A stretch of DNA of 64,000 nucleotides from Cyanidioschyzon merolae (taxonomy: Eukaryota): NCBI GenBank assembly GCA_000091205.1, contig AP006490.2; one strand, written 5' to 3'. Within the stretch, counting starts at the first letter, position 1; every line of letters begins with the position of its first letter. The translations under genes and the position numbers were made by a program. Under the pieces are notes generated by a model. That model saw nothing but the letters and a program-made list of their open reading frames with translations. It had not been told where the DNA came from and did no database searches. Below are positions 45,397 to 57,300 of this stretch, one piece after another.

Positions 45397-46376
45397 GGAG
45401 CATCCACGAAGCTGTATCCTGATGGATCCGTATGAGCGGGTGTTTGTGGAACTTGCTCGCCGTGGGGCGTATGGATGCTTTGGAACGTACCCCAGTGCAG
45501 CATATCTCTGTGTCTGTGTCACGTCCGTGACTAGGAGCATCCACGAAGCTGTATCCTGATGGATCCGTATAAGCGGGTGTTTGTGGAACTTGCTTGCCGT
45601 GGGGCGTATGGATGCTTTGGAACGTACCCCAGTGCGGCATATCTCTGTGTCTTTGTCACATCCGTGACTGGGAGCATCCACGAAGCTGTATCCTGATGGA
45701 TCCGTATGAGCGGGTGTTTGTGGAACTTGCTCGCCGTGGGGCGTATGGATGCTTTGGAACGTACCCCAGTGCGGCATATCTCTGTGTCTGTGTCACGTCC
45801 GTGACTGGGAGCATCCACGAAGCTGTATCCTGATGGATCCGTATAAGCGGGTGTTTGTGGAACTTGCTTGCCGTGGGGCGTATGGATGCTTTGGAACGTA
45901 CCCCAGTGCGGCATATCTCTGTGTCTGTGTCACGTCCGTGACTGGGAGCATCCACGAAGCTGTATCCTGATGGATCCATATGAGCGGGTGTTTGTGGAAC
46001 TTGCTCGCCGTGGGGCGTATGGATGCTTTGGAACGTACCCCAGTGCGGCATATCTCTGTGTCTTTGTCACATCCGTGACTGGGAGCATCCACGAAGCTGT
46101 ATCCTGATGGATCCGTATAAGCGGGTGTTTGTGGAACTTGCTCGCCGTGGGGCGTATGGATGCTTTGGAACGTACCCCAGTGCAGCATATCTCTGTGTCT
46201 TTGTCACATCCGTGACTGGGAGCATCCACGAAGCTGTATCCTGATGGATCCGTATGAGCGGGTGTTTGTGGAACTTGCTCGCCGTGGGGCGTATGGATGC
46301 TTTGGAACGTACCCCAGTGCGGCATATCTCTGTGTCTTTGTCACATCCGTGACTGGGAGCATCCACGAAGCTGCGT
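45397..46376. repeat. 137-bp tandem satellite, ~7.1 units, two alternating unit variants
   Basis: Unit starts (ggagcatccacgaagctg) at 45397, 45534, 45671, 45808, 45945, 46082, 46219 and 46356, a period of exactly 137 bp. Variants alternate, e.g. tgagcgggtgtttgtggaacttgctcgcc vs taagcgggtgtttgtggaacttgcttgcc, and gtctgtgtcacgtcc vs gtctttgtcacatcc. The array produces a ladder of artefactual ~131-aa ORFs on both strands. Confidence 0.92.
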
Positions 46377-46956
46377 CATGTTCGCGTGTGTATCGAGCGT
46401 ATCGCTGAGTGTGAGGTCGTTGTACACAAACGGAATCCGCAAGTAGCCTTCACATCAGCGGGTTCTCATCTCGAAGTCATCAACACTAGAATCCGCTTCC
46501 GGTCATAAACATCCACGACGTGCATGCACTGCATCAAGTTTCTGTATTTAGATCATGTTAAAGGTAGAGTCATCTGAAGAAAGTTACCTTCCGGGGAAAC
46601 CAAGTACATAGCGTATGATTCGGCAGCATGGAAGCGGTGACGCACGCTCGTCTCTTCATGAAGATGATGACGATCATTATCACCGTCGCTGTAGTGCTGG
46701 CGGTGCTCAGAGCATAGACACTGCAACATCAAGAATGTAGGCGGTAGACGCGGACTCCAGGAAAGCGCGTTTCGTTTGCTTCGACTTGGCTTCATCTTGA
46801 TGCACGCGCACCAGTATGAGGCGTTTTCCACGTCTGGATTCGCGAAAGCATCGTGCGTATCAAAACTGACGATATTCAAGCTGTTAAAACGCAATGGCTC
46901 TACAACACGAATTCCACGGATGTGCGAATGCTCTAACTTAGCAGCAATACGACCTG

Positions 46957-48096
46957 TTGGCAACGGTGCGTCCAGCCAAGCGGCCGCGGCTGCCGAGCGA
47001 CTCGACGGCGCCGCTGCGAAACGCAAGGCTACGCATCGACTTGTCGAGTCTACTAAGAGGTATGCATATGCAGGGGGCCTTTGTTGCTGCCGGGAAACCG
47101 CCTTTCAGGATTCACTTAGTGCACGAGAAGCAGCCAAAATTTTTGCACGGTGCTGGTGTGAGGTATAGCGCTCGATCAACTCGTTGGTATCGTTGGAGTC
47201 TACGGTGCACGAGTTCTGAATCGAGGACGACGAATACTGCTGCACCTACCGAGAAACTGGGGTTCATTGGCGGCACTGGGAACATGGGGTCGTCCATCAT
47301 CAAAGGACTCATTGAAGTGCAAGCACTTAGCCCACAGCACATCCTGTGTAGCGGTAGGGATGCTCAGAAGCTGGAACGCTTCTCAATTGAGACCGGTTGC
47401 ACCGCGATGACCGACCTTGCAACGCTCTGTGCCCAGTCGACGGCACTTTTTCTCTGTGTAAAGCCTGCTCAGTGTCAGGCAGTTCTGGAACGTATGGTAG
47501 CCGAAGCCGGCGAGAGTCTGAACGGTAAGCGTCTGATTTCGGTAGCAGCTGGGGTCCCGGTTTCGGCTCTGGAGCGACCACTGCGCGTTGAAGCCGTGGA
47601 ACAGTGCCGGTGCCGGGTACTCCGCTGCATGCCAAACGTGTTGGTTCGGCACGGCCTAGGTGCTATGGCCGTATCACGGGGAACGACTGCAACGGACGAG
47701 GATGTTTCATGGGCGCTGCAGTTGCTCGGGCGCCTGGGCCTGGTTGCCGAGCTCGAGGAGTCTCTCATGGACGCCACGGTGGCTGCCGCTGGAAGCTCAC
47801 CTGCATTTGCGTTTATCTTCATGGAAGCGCTGACGGATGCGGCGGTGAGAGAAGGTCTACCACGCCACATCGCACGCAGTTTTGTGGCGCAGACGCTTTG
47901 TGGTGCCGCCCAGATGGCTCTTCGGGATTCAGATGCTCACTTTGGAGAACTGCGTAACCGTGTCGAGTCACCGGGTGGCACCACAATCGCTGGCTCATGT
48001 GCATTGGAGGAGAACGGATTCCGCAAGGCCGTGATTGCCGCAGCAGCCGCTGCAGCTGCCAAGTCTCGCGCGTTCGCGGACCGCTTCTCCGCGTGA
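46957..48096 (+). CDS. proC: Pyrroline-5-carboxylate reductase (ProC/P5CR) with ~100-aa N-terminal extension
   Basis: Matching P5CR motifs are GFIGGTGNMGSSIIKGL, LFLCVKPAQCQAVL, ISVAAGVPVSALE, RCMPNVLVRHGLGAMAV, DATVAAAGSSPAFAFIFMEALTDAAVREGLPR and SPGGTTIAGSCALEENGFR. The upstream ~100 aa are basic and Ser-rich. Confidence 0.85.
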   Translation: MATVRPAKRPRLPSDSTAPLRNARLRIDLSSLLRGMHMQGAFVAAGKPPFRIHLVHEKQPKFLHGAGVRYSARSTRWYRWSLRCTSSESRTTNTAAPTEKLGFIGGTGNMGSSIIKGLIEVQALSPQHILCSGRDAQKLERFSIETGCTAMTDLATLCAQSTALFLCVKPAQCQAVLERMVAEAGESLNGKRLISVAAGVPVSALERPLRVEAVEQCRCRVLRCMPNVLVRHGLGAMAVSRGTTATDEDVSWALQLLGRLGLVAELEESLMDATVAAAGSSPAFAFIFMEALTDAAVREGLPRHIARSFVAQTLCGAAQMALRDSDAHFGELRNRVESPGGTTIAGSCALEENGFRKAVIAAAAAAAAKSRAFADRFSA

Positions 48097-49283
48097 TCCA
48101 CAGGGCGCCGTGTACGTATCGTGGACGAAAACCTTGCACACGCGCACTAGAGCCCCCTTCAGAGCGCGAGCCGCGTGCAAAGTCGCCGGCGTGGCGATGC
48201 CCTAGCACTGAAGTCCGATACACAACGAGGGACGGGCGCTCACCAGACAAACAGATAGCCAATGGTACATGCTTCGACACTGGACTTGAAGCACTGGACG
48301 CGATGCGTCTGCTTCTTTCATGCGTTTGCGAGACACGCACATCCGCACCTGTCTGTGAGCACAGAGACATCTTGCATGCAACAGCTGGAAGCTGCCGTCA
48401 CCGGGGCTCATGAATGGCTCTGCTCCACTGCCTTGATGTGAAGGTGCGACGACGAGTGAAGCACGCTTGTGGAATGGACGTGCGGTTGTTCTGCTCCCAT
48501 GAGCGTCTCAAGGAATCAGCGGTAGCCGAGTCGCCTGAATGGCCACCGTTTGCGCACTTCGGGGCTGTTCGCCACGAATGTCTGCAGTCGATGATCGCAA
48601 CGGTGCGCTTACGAATACGTATGCGTATCCCGAAACCACATGCCCTTTGCTCCAAGCTTCGAGAAACATGCAGGTATCGAACACATGATTTCCTCGGTCA
48701 TTCCGGGGCAATGCGAGGGCGATGTATGTATCAATGCCCCAAATCGATGCTTTCATCGACGGAGACGGTGGCACGAACGACCAAAAAATCCTAAACAAAG
48801 ACGCCACGGATCGCTCGATGACCTCGATGACGACTGGCAAGGCGAGACGCCTCAATGTTGTGCAGGCAACATGCCTGGGCTTCATCAGACGATGCGTCAC
48901 CCAGGCTGCGTCCGTGTTCAGCAACATGGCGTCCATACCGAGTTCTTTTCCAGGTGAACAGGATCCGGCACTTTCAATCCGTCCGTTCAAGTTATGCACA
49001 TGTGTACGCGGGATCTCTGAATTGCAAACAGGTCGCGGTAAGCGCTGCACCAGTACTTGCAGTGTGACGTCGAGCATCGTTTACGCATTTCCCCGTGCAT
49101 GCTTGCTGATTCATCTCCTCTGACGAACCAATGAATGAATGAATGCTTCTTTTTGAATCGATCATCATCGTCGTCGTCATCGATTGCAGCGAGCGAATGA
49201 CCAGCGAGGTCGTTCAGGGTAGCACTGAACGAGCAGCTGCGAATCCAGCAGCATTGGCGCACTTTCGTCATCAACGACACCTG

Positions 49284-50357
49284 TTATGATCGCGGCACTT
49301 TGGTAACTGTCGAAGGATGCATACCAGAGGCAAGCGCCTCCGACGATGCCGTACCCGTGACCGGCGCATTCTCCTCATAAATAGAGAGCGCTATGTTGTC
49401 AATCAAACGCGCTGAGCCGACGATAACGGCTGTTGATAGAATGGCTACCAGAAGCGTTTGCGGTAACAAAGTATCTGCCTGCAGATCCGGTGGCTGTGGC
49501 TCCAACGGATAGCCTCCACCGAGATCCCGCCATTCCTCTGCATCGGAGAGGCCAATGTACTGGACACAAACCGCTGACTCTGCCTTCAGCACATCTAAAG
49601 CGGCCGTAGCTGCCTCCCAAAGAGCTCCATAGGTTAGCGGTTGCCGCTGCTGCAAACGCCGCTTTCGATACTCCGTCCACAGGGCCTGACCCGCGCTCAG
49701 TGCTCGATACACGACCGCTGCTGTGGCCTGTTCCGCATCCGTTAGGTACTTGTTTCGACTGCTCATAGCGAGCCCGCTGGGTTCTCGGCAAGTCGGTCCG
49801 ATCCTAATGGAAACCGTCATATTCAAATCCTGCACCATTTGTCGCACGACACAGCACTGCTGGGCGTCCTTGGCCCCGAACCATGCGTCGTCCGGTTGCA
49901 CGATATGTAGCAGTTTACAAACAACGGTGGCAACGCCCAGAAAGAACGTCGGTCGAAAAGCGGCCTCACTACGCGGATGTTGACTAGGCCGCCCCGCAGG
50001 GACGTCGATCACTGTTTGTTCTGCAGACCCCCGGGGGTAGAGTTCCGCACTGTGCAGCGGAGCGAAGACTGCGTCCACCCCTAGCTTTTCGCAACGGGCA
50101 AGGTCCGCCTGCTCTGTGCGCGGGTACCGGTCCAGATCTTCACCAGCGGCAAACTGTAGAGGATTCACGAAAATCGTGACAAACGTAAAAGTACCCGATG
50201 ATTTGGCAGCGTTGATCAGGGACTCGTGTCCCTCGTGGAGCGCACCCATGGTCATCACAACTGCAACGCGTGGTGCACTGTTGCGGTTTCGTTGGAGGTC
50301 ATTTCGAAGCGCTCGCACCTCATGAACAGTGCGTAACACACGCATGATGGGAAACAC
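49284..50357 (-). CDS. panC: Pantoate--beta-alanine ligase (pantothenate synthetase, PanC)
   Basis: Matching PanC signatures are VVMTMGALHEGHESLI (PTMGxLHxGH), FVNPLQFAAGEDLDRYPR, GAKDAQQ and AMSSRNKYL. It is followed by a ~70-aa C-terminal extension. Confidence 0.85.
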   Translation of the reverse strand: MFPIMRVLRTVHEVRALRNDLQRNRNSAPRVAVVMTMGALHEGHESLINAAKSSGTFTFVTIFVNPLQFAAGEDLDRYPRTEQADLARCEKLGVDAVFAPLHSAELYPRGSAEQTVIDVPAGRPSQHPRSEAAFRPTFFLGVATVVCKLLHIVQPDDAWFGAKDAQQCCVVRQMVQDLNMTVSIRIGPTCREPSGLAMSSRNKYLTDAEQATAAVVYRALSAGQALWTEYRKRRLQQRQPLTYGALWEAATAALDVLKAESAVCVQYIGLSDAEEWRDLGGGYPLEPQPPDLQADTLLPQTLLVAILSTAVIVGSARLIDNIALSIYEENAPVTGTASSEALASGMHPSTVTKVPRS

Positions 50358-50710
50358 GCTCGCTCCTAATGCGTTCCGTTCTGGAAGTGGAACTCTGCGA
50401 CACGCTGGAGCCTGAACGCTACCAGGCTGTACGCTCGAGCGTCAGCAGCTGCACGTGCAGCGCCAAGAACGTCGCGTTACCCGGCAACCTAGACCAGGTC
50501 ACTGTCGTTTCCAATGGAGCACGCCAAGCTCAATTGTCACTTTCTTGACTCTTGAACACACATGCATACACTCGAACAGTGCAAGCGTCAAAAGTTCAGC
50601 GTCTCGAACGCAGCCGCATCGAGAAACGGGACCATTGCCCGCCACAAGGCCGCCATTCGCCGAATACACAACTTGTCATTCTGGTGAAGCGTCACCTCCT
50701 CTGAAACCAT
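50358..50710. promoter_or_regulatory. Short divergent intergenic region between PanC (-) and the YbeD-like gene (+); presumed bidirectional promoter
   Basis: Only ~350 bp separate the two divergently oriented start codons. The promoter role is inferred from geometry and no motif was identified. Confidence 0.3.
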
Positions 50711-51250
50711 ATGTTTGAACCACCGGCATACATTCCTGTGACTGCTGCTCGATCTGACTTATTTCGCAGCCCGCTTGTCAAGTCCGGTGCTTCTGCTTGT
50801 GGCACAGGACGGTTATACGTTGCCAGAGCGACCAGTAGCCTGAGGAGTTCAGGGCACCGGGCGCGCGTTCGACCACTGCATTGTTCCTCGGGACTGAGGA
50901 TGCTTCTGCGGGGGTTTCCCAACCCCGGAGCTTTCAACTCCGACGGAAAACGGCGAATTATTGAAGAACTTGTGCAGTTTCCCACAGAATTTGAGTTCAA
51001 AGTTGTTGGCCTGCGGCAGGGCGACTTTACCGATGACGTCGTGGGACTCGTTGCCGGTGCGCTGCAGCGCGCAGAAAACCTCGACGTTCGCAACACCACC
51101 AGCCGAGACGACCGCGTACGAATCACCAAGGTGAGAGATCGAGGCAAGTACCGCTCACTAACGATTGTTGCGTTCTGTGAGACCGGTGCTCAGGTATACA
51201 GCGTGTACGAGGCTTTAGAGCGCGACCCGCGAGTCCTGTTCAAATTCTGA
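50711..51250 (+). CDS. UPF0250/YbeD-like (DUF493) protein with ~85-aa N-terminal targeting-like extension
   Basis: The C-terminal 95 aa align with E. coli YbeD. ELVQFPTEFEFKVVGL matches ELLEFPTPFTYKVMG. RDRGKYRSLTIVAFCETGAQVYSVYEAL matches [34 protein letters not shown] matches IVRMVL. Confidence 0.7.
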   Translation: MFEPPAYIPVTAARSDLFRSPLVKSGASACGTGRLYVARATSSLRSSGHRARVRPLHCSSGLRMLLRGFPNPGAFNSDGKRRIIEELVQFPTEFEFKVVGLRQGDFTDDVVGLVAGALQRAENLDVRNTTSRDDRVRITKVRDRGKYRSLTIVAFCETGAQVYSVYEALERDPRVLFKF

Positions 51251-51972
51251 GCCATGTCCCTGGATGTGTGTACGTATGCTTGTTTGTGGCGCGCTTCCCG
51301 TGCTGCAACTCAGAAAGTTGCCAGAAGGCTTCGTGCAACCGAGTAACTTGCCAGATATGGTTGCGGCGAGCACAAGTGCGCTTATCTCGGAACGCTTATG
51401 GATGCATAGCTCTGTCACCAGCGCTCGTATTGCCGACCATGCGAAACCTCCAACCCAATGATATGCACGCGCTAGGACCGCAAAGAAAGACAGTCGATTG
51501 CGAGCATCAAAACAGATTCGATGGATGTTTTGCGGGAAGTATGTGCCATGGAAGAAGAGCGTTGCGTGCTTTTTCCCTGAGAATACGAATGACGGATGGC
51601 GGAGCAGCGCTATCGTTTCGTCGACGGCAGTTCCGTGGCTGTGGTGATGACGAAACGCTCCCGCATGCCGCCGGCAATATCGGCCGCTTTCAAGAGCGCT
51701 TCGAAAGATGCAAGCTGTTCAAGAGAGAGGCCATAGCAGCACGAAAGACATGCACTCCCTGGAAACCGGGCAGCAGGGCATTCGGGTTGATGATGTGCAA
51801 TGAACATGTGCCCTAGGAACGGCAGCATCGCACTGGTACTTGCAAACAACGCAGTAAAGCATTTGCGGGATCGTCATCAACCTTTGGTTCGGCGAGTTTG
51901 CCACCCAGCAAGCAGGGAGCATCCCCGCATCAAATCGTTCGCGTGAAAGTCGTGGCATCGATCGACATGATA

Positions 51973-51987
51973 TGTGTGTGTGTGTGA
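51973..51987. repeat. (TG)n microsatellite
   Basis: The run tgtgtgtgtgtgtg is read directly from the sequence. Confidence 0.85.
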
Positions 51988-52112
51988 GCGTCATTGCAAC
52001 ACCGTGCCGCTTCTAGATCTGAAACGAGGCCTGGTGCTGGCAAATGCCGTTCTCGGAGTGGAAGCGTCGGCACCGCTTCGAATAGGCCTCATGACGACAC
52101 GTACCAGAGCAC

Positions 52113-52943
52113 TCAGTAGGTTATGTCTCGGATCAAAACCGGTAAACGATGCACACGAGAGAAAACTCGGACAAAGTCGCTCAAGGACACATTCAGCTTG
52201 AGGTCTGTTGCACCTCCACCGAGCCAAAAGCAATCATCTCGACAGCACTTGAGCCATTTCTCGAGTACTGAGGCTACGAGTATCGGCATCGGTGTGCGCA
52301 TGCCCAGTGGCGTCACCGCATTATAGCCATAACCGGTGATTCGCTGGCATTGCTCTGCTGGTGCTACTTGATAGTGCACCTGGCTTCGAGGTGCAGGGCA
52401 AAGCTGGCAGAGCTCTGAGGAGCAGCGAACTGCCTGCGTTACTTTTTCAGTGTGCAGTCGAGCCGGGTACGGCAGAATGACGCAAACATATCGGGGAGCC
52501 GCTCCCGGGCCACTTGCCTCGTCATCAACGTTCGCCCGAGTATTTTCCAAGATCAATGACTTGCACAGGTGGTAGACAGTGGGTGCGGGCTCCAAGAACT
52601 GGCGCCGCTGTTCCAGCGTCCACGTGTAGTACGCTGCAGGGCAACGTCGGAAGAGGCAGCGTTCTAGTCCATATGCAGCAGCCAGTAATACGAGGCGCTG
52701 GGCAGCAACGCTTCCTTTACCAAGGACAGTTTCTACTCTGTTCAAAACCAGGGACGCTGTTTTGGCGTCTCGACCAGCGAGTGTATCTATTTTGGCTTGC
52801 AGCCGGAGCAGGGTGTCCCGCAAGTGCCCGAGACGCAGCTCCGCGCTCTCGTCAGAGACGCGGTTGGGTTCCTGCTGACCCAATGTTCCTAGATTCGCTC
52901 CAGCCTCAGCTTCAAGGGAATTATCTGCTTCCACTGAAGACAT
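52113..52943 (-). CDS. YbaK/ProX-type aminoacyl-tRNA deacylase domain protein with N-terminal extension
   Basis: The C-terminal half aligns with E. coli YbaK. YVCVILPYPARLHTEKVTQAV matches HLLVVLPGDHRLDLKALAKAL. ITGYGYNAVTPLG matches LTGYQVGGISPLG. FWLGGGATDLKLNVSLSDFVRVF matches VYVSGGKRGLDIELSPEDLLKLT. Confidence 0.65.
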   Translation of the reverse strand: MSSVEADNSLEAEAGANLGTLGQQEPNRVSDESAELRLGHLRDTLLRLQAKIDTLAGRDAKTASLVLNRVETVLGKGSVAAQRLVLLAAAYGLERCLFRRCPAAYYTWTLEQRRQFLEPAPTVYHLCKSLILENTRANVDDEASGPGAAPRYVCVILPYPARLHTEKVTQAVRCSSELCQLCPAPRSQVHYQVAPAEQCQRITGYGYNAVTPLGMRTPMPILVASVLEKWLKCCRDDCFWLGGGATDLKLNVSLSDFVRVFSRVHRLPVLIRDITY

Positions 52944-54315
52944 TTTCGGGCAACGTGCAAGTTTGGACCCAAACCTGGTGCGAGCTGAGCACCGTGCGGT
53001 GTGCCAGCCCAGACGGTTAGGGTAGCGTTGCCCCCATTTCCCAGTCGTGGCCCCATGGACAATGGACCAAGATCAATGAATCTCACCAGTCTACGATAAG
53101 TACGCAAATATTGTTCGTTGATGGAGGACTTCAACCTTGCCTCTACCGAAGATGCGATGAAACAAGTCCAGTTAGGGCGTTGGTCAAGGAATATATCGAC
53201 CAGAACCAATACATGTCAACAGGCTGCGATCCATACGCGAAAACTCCACGTTCGTGGGGTCGGTCGACCTTGTCTCTTCCGTGGACACCTGGATGTCACG
53301 ATACTTTCATAGCATGGTTTCCAGAGAGGCTCGCTCGGATCTCGGCAGACTCTCTTCGACCATCCGGTTACTGTGGACGTGTATGACACAAAAATACCGC
53401 TTCGAGTTTATGAGGACGCTGCCCGAGCACCTATCGATAGGAAACATGCAACCCTGACGCTTCCGCTGAAGCGAGCACGAAGCGCGGGACCCGTTAGACG
53501 ACAGGTCCGAGTCAATAGCTCGCTGGCTGCTATGCCTGCAAAGCGCTCTCGCCACACCAGAGCAGCCCATGGTCAACGATATCCGGGCGCGGACTTCGTG
53601 CCTGTACACGGGTCGTCATGAAGAACGGGTACGCTTTCGCTGTACCAGGGGAATATGCGACTCGAGAACGTCTCTACGTACAATGGCTCTGTTCGATGTG
53701 ACAGCCGCGGGCAGACTGCCGCTCAACCGGCATTCGGTCTCGACGTTTCAATACTTCGAAAGTGACCAGCAGGAGCCAAGTTCTACGCTCTGTGTCGGTA
53801 TCCGAGATGCGTCTGTCAGGGTCTGTCGGTATACGTCCACGTCCGCGGCGCATACACAACATCGAGTCTGTCCGGCACTGCCGCAGCGTACGCACTAGTC
53901 GACTGGAGCGCGCGCTCTACAACACGTTTCAGCGGGGCTTCCTCAGGTTCTTTACAAAACATACGATCCTGTCCGGGGGACGTTCCCCATACGATAACAG
54001 ACCATGAAAACACTCGTTTTCGGTCCAGTGCCTCCATTGTGACGGCAAATGGCACTCATCCCCGACGTCCCTGATAAGGCCCTCTCCTGTACCTGCATGG
54101 AACAGCAGGTGTCGTTCCATGTTGCAGCGAGGTGCATCTGCAAAAGCGCCCAGTTCGAACACCTTCATCGATGCTCGCGAGGACGCTTGCAAATCTTTTC
54201 ATCGCTTCGTCAGCGCTGTGGATGCAGAGCTCTGAACTCAGACAAGCGCGTCATACCGCGGTGATCGACGGAAAGTGCCTGCCAGCGCGACCGGGTCTGC
54301 GCTCCAGGCTCGACT

Positions 54316-57300
54316 TCAGGCCGGGGATGCTTTTTGCTCGGCCTGTTGGACCTGGCGCCTCTCCATAGCACTGTGTATTCGGGTCCTTGCGCGATACCAT
54401 ACCATGTCGGGCATGAGCGCAAGCACGAGCAACAGTCGCCATATGGGAGCCATCGGCGGATGCGCTGCTCTCGTACCGGGCGAGGTATACGGTATACCAC
54501 CAGACGCAGCGTCCTCAGCAACGGCTCCGGAAGCGACTCCATTTCCAGTTCTGTTCGGCGTCACCATTTTCGCAGACGCCTTGGTTCGCTCGTGATTTGA
54601 ATCCCGCTGACGCCAAGCACATGCTCGCAACAGCAGCAATGTGCAGAGTCGATTCACAAACGGATGATGGTGGGCATCGTAGGCGAGTGCTACCGTGGTG
54701 AACGCCGCAGTGAATCCGTCAAGTACGGACAGTTTCTTACGCCATGGATTCGAGTCGATCCGCCCGATGTACAAGGCAAAGAGGAGCAAGTAGATGACGA
54801 CGCGTCCGATAACCCACCAGATACCGCTGGCGAGGATCCAGGCCGACTCGCCAATATCCGTGAGGATAAACGCAAATACTCGCCGGCGGTATAATTGTGT
54901 CGCTACCATTCGGTTCAACATCCAGTAGCCCAGGGTGTTCTTCGTGATCGAAATGACACCCGTCGCGAGCCAGGTAAGCGCAATACCGAGTGCAATGACG
55001 CGCGAGCGACTCCAGGTGAGCAGGAAGAGCGAGCCCCCGATCACAATGGCCGTGAGCGCGAAACCCCAGAGCGTGCACCACGCCGACATGCCCACCACGA
55101 AGCTCACTCGATGCAACTTGTTTTTGTTGACCATGAATTCGCGGTCGACCAGGGAGTAACGACCGGACCGATACGCATGGTTCAGCTTGCGGTAATTCCC
55201 CGGCATCATGAAGCTCTCCGCCAGCGTCACCACGAGGCCAGCAACCGCACCAACCGAGAACGACACATAGACGACCCAGGGTGTCGGTGAGATGCGTGTG
55301 CCGCGTACCACCCAGCCGACATTCACAATGAAAGTCGCAAACCAAATGAGACCGGCAAACGAAGCGCAACTCAGAATGACCTGAAGAATTTGAGCAATCT
55401 GGATGCGAGCAGGAACCACTATACCCTCCTTTTCCAGTAAGCGACCGGTCCAAATTAAACGGTTCGACTCGCATGCGTAGAGAAACTTGCGCTTCGCATA
55501 TTGCAAAAAGTTTTCACGCGGTTGACCTAACTCGACAAAAACGGATAGATCACCGAGATCTTCAGCCCGACGCATCTTCTCATGCAAGCTGATCGCTTCA
55601 CGCATGAGCATGAGCGTCTTGCGTCGTCCCCAGGGGAGAAGTTGCTCGGATACCCGCTGGAAACGAGGCCTCCGGATCCACCTCGAACTCGAGCGAAACC
55701 ATGGAATTCGGGTCCGAAACAACGCCGATTGGACCATAGCCAGATATGCCTGATAGAATAGACAGATGCCCCCGAATATTGTGGTAACAATCATCAGCGC
55801 CGAATAGGGTCCCGAACGCAGGTCCGTACGCAGCCGCGAAAACTCGGAACTGCCCCAGTTGATGCGCACCAGGAACCAGGTGACGAAAAAAGGCACAAAC
55901 GTAGAAACTATCGTTACCCAAGCGGAGATTAGCGCGGACATGGGCGTCGACAGGCGGCAGTTCACCATGTTCAGCGGTACCAGAATGATGAGGCCCACGA
56001 TCACACTGAGCAACAGCGTCATGATCCACGAATAACCGACTCGTGCCATGACACAGACCGTTGAGCTACATTTCCACGCCAGGTCGACCACGTACAACAG
56101 CGCAATCCCGTACGTTACAACTGTTAGAATAAAGAAAAGAAAGACGAGCATGGTGTAGCTCAGGGAGCGCGCATCGTCCAGCACCATGTCGAGGACCTTC
56201 TGAGAGTCACGAACCATGCGCATACCCACATCCACGACTCGCTGGGCTTGCTTCCGGAGCTGCTTCGAGGTCGTCTGCGCGAAGCTCTTGCCACGGCTGC
56301 GCAGTCGATGCTCGTCGTTGTCGCTTTTCCGGTGCTGGGGTGTCGACGCGCCGCTTGAGACTGTCGAGCTCGGCTCTGGAGTCAGGGTCGATGCTTCGGG
56401 TGTCGGCTCCGCAGTTTCCGCATCGTGACACCCGCTATGAAAGTCTGTCATGGTGAGCAGCGTCTCTTCGCCGGGTACCAGCGCAACCGAGCCTCCGCTT
56501 TCGGCCACTTCGCGGATGATAGCCAGTTCTGATATGGGGATATCGCGTTCGAGTTCCACCCCGGTGAAAGCTTCAAAGGCTGCGTCGCAATCATCAAAGT
56601 ACGTCGCAGTTCCGACACCATCGCTCTCAGTGACGTAGAAACCGTCGGCTCCGCCTCGGCCGCCGTGAATGCTCGCCAGCTCAAAATAGTCTGCCACAAG
56701 CAGAGAACGAAATGTATCCAAGTCGCACTTGTCCGAGCCGATCTCTGCAAAAAGCAGGCCCACGAGTGGTATGAGGCTTTTCTCTCCAACACGGTACATG
56801 TAGGCGCGAAGCCGCTCTGGTGTGAGGACGGCATCCTCGTCGCCGCCCGCGAGTGCCTCGAACGCCAGTCGGATAGCGACATCAGGCACTTCGAGATCGT
56901 CGTTGATATCAAAGGTGTGCTCGATAGAGACACGGTTACGCATTCCGGAGGCGGCTGCTTGCATTCGTGAATGCCACAGAGAGCATCGCCATAGTTCGGG
57001 CCCGAATAGTTCCGCGGCAATCTCTGCCAAGTCGAGCTCGGGGTTCGTGGGTGGCATGGTCTCCGGTTCCGGGTGGCCAGTGCGCTCACCAGCGCACGCG
57101 TCGCCCTTGTTCGTCTGAGGAGCCGCCTCTTCGTCCTCAATCCTGCTACTCGCAACTGGGGATTGTGCACGCTGCGTAACCACGGTTGTGTCTAGAATCA
57201 GGGTTGAGTCGTGATTTGGCGGTGTTGTAGCGGCAGCTTGATCGCGCCAGGCTTCGAAACTGCGTTCAGACTCGAGGAGCTGGCAACGTTTTACCAGTTC

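Noticed and set aside
45215-46366. Ladder of ~130-aa ORFs on both strands (MPHWGTFQSIHTPHG..., MLWNVPQCGISLCLCH...)
   Set aside because: They are exact artefacts of the 137-bp tandem satellite. The same peptide is regenerated every 137 bp in rotating frames, so they are not genes.
45397-46376. CRISPR array, 5S rRNA array or tRNA array as explanation for the 137-bp repeat
   Set aside because: There are no unique spacers between repeats. The unit does not match the 5S consensus or a tRNA cloverleaf by eye. The context is eukaryotic.
46553-47026. 157-aa minus-strand ORF upstream of or overlapping the P5CR 5' end
   Set aside because: It overlaps the P5CR N-terminal extension region and has no homology.
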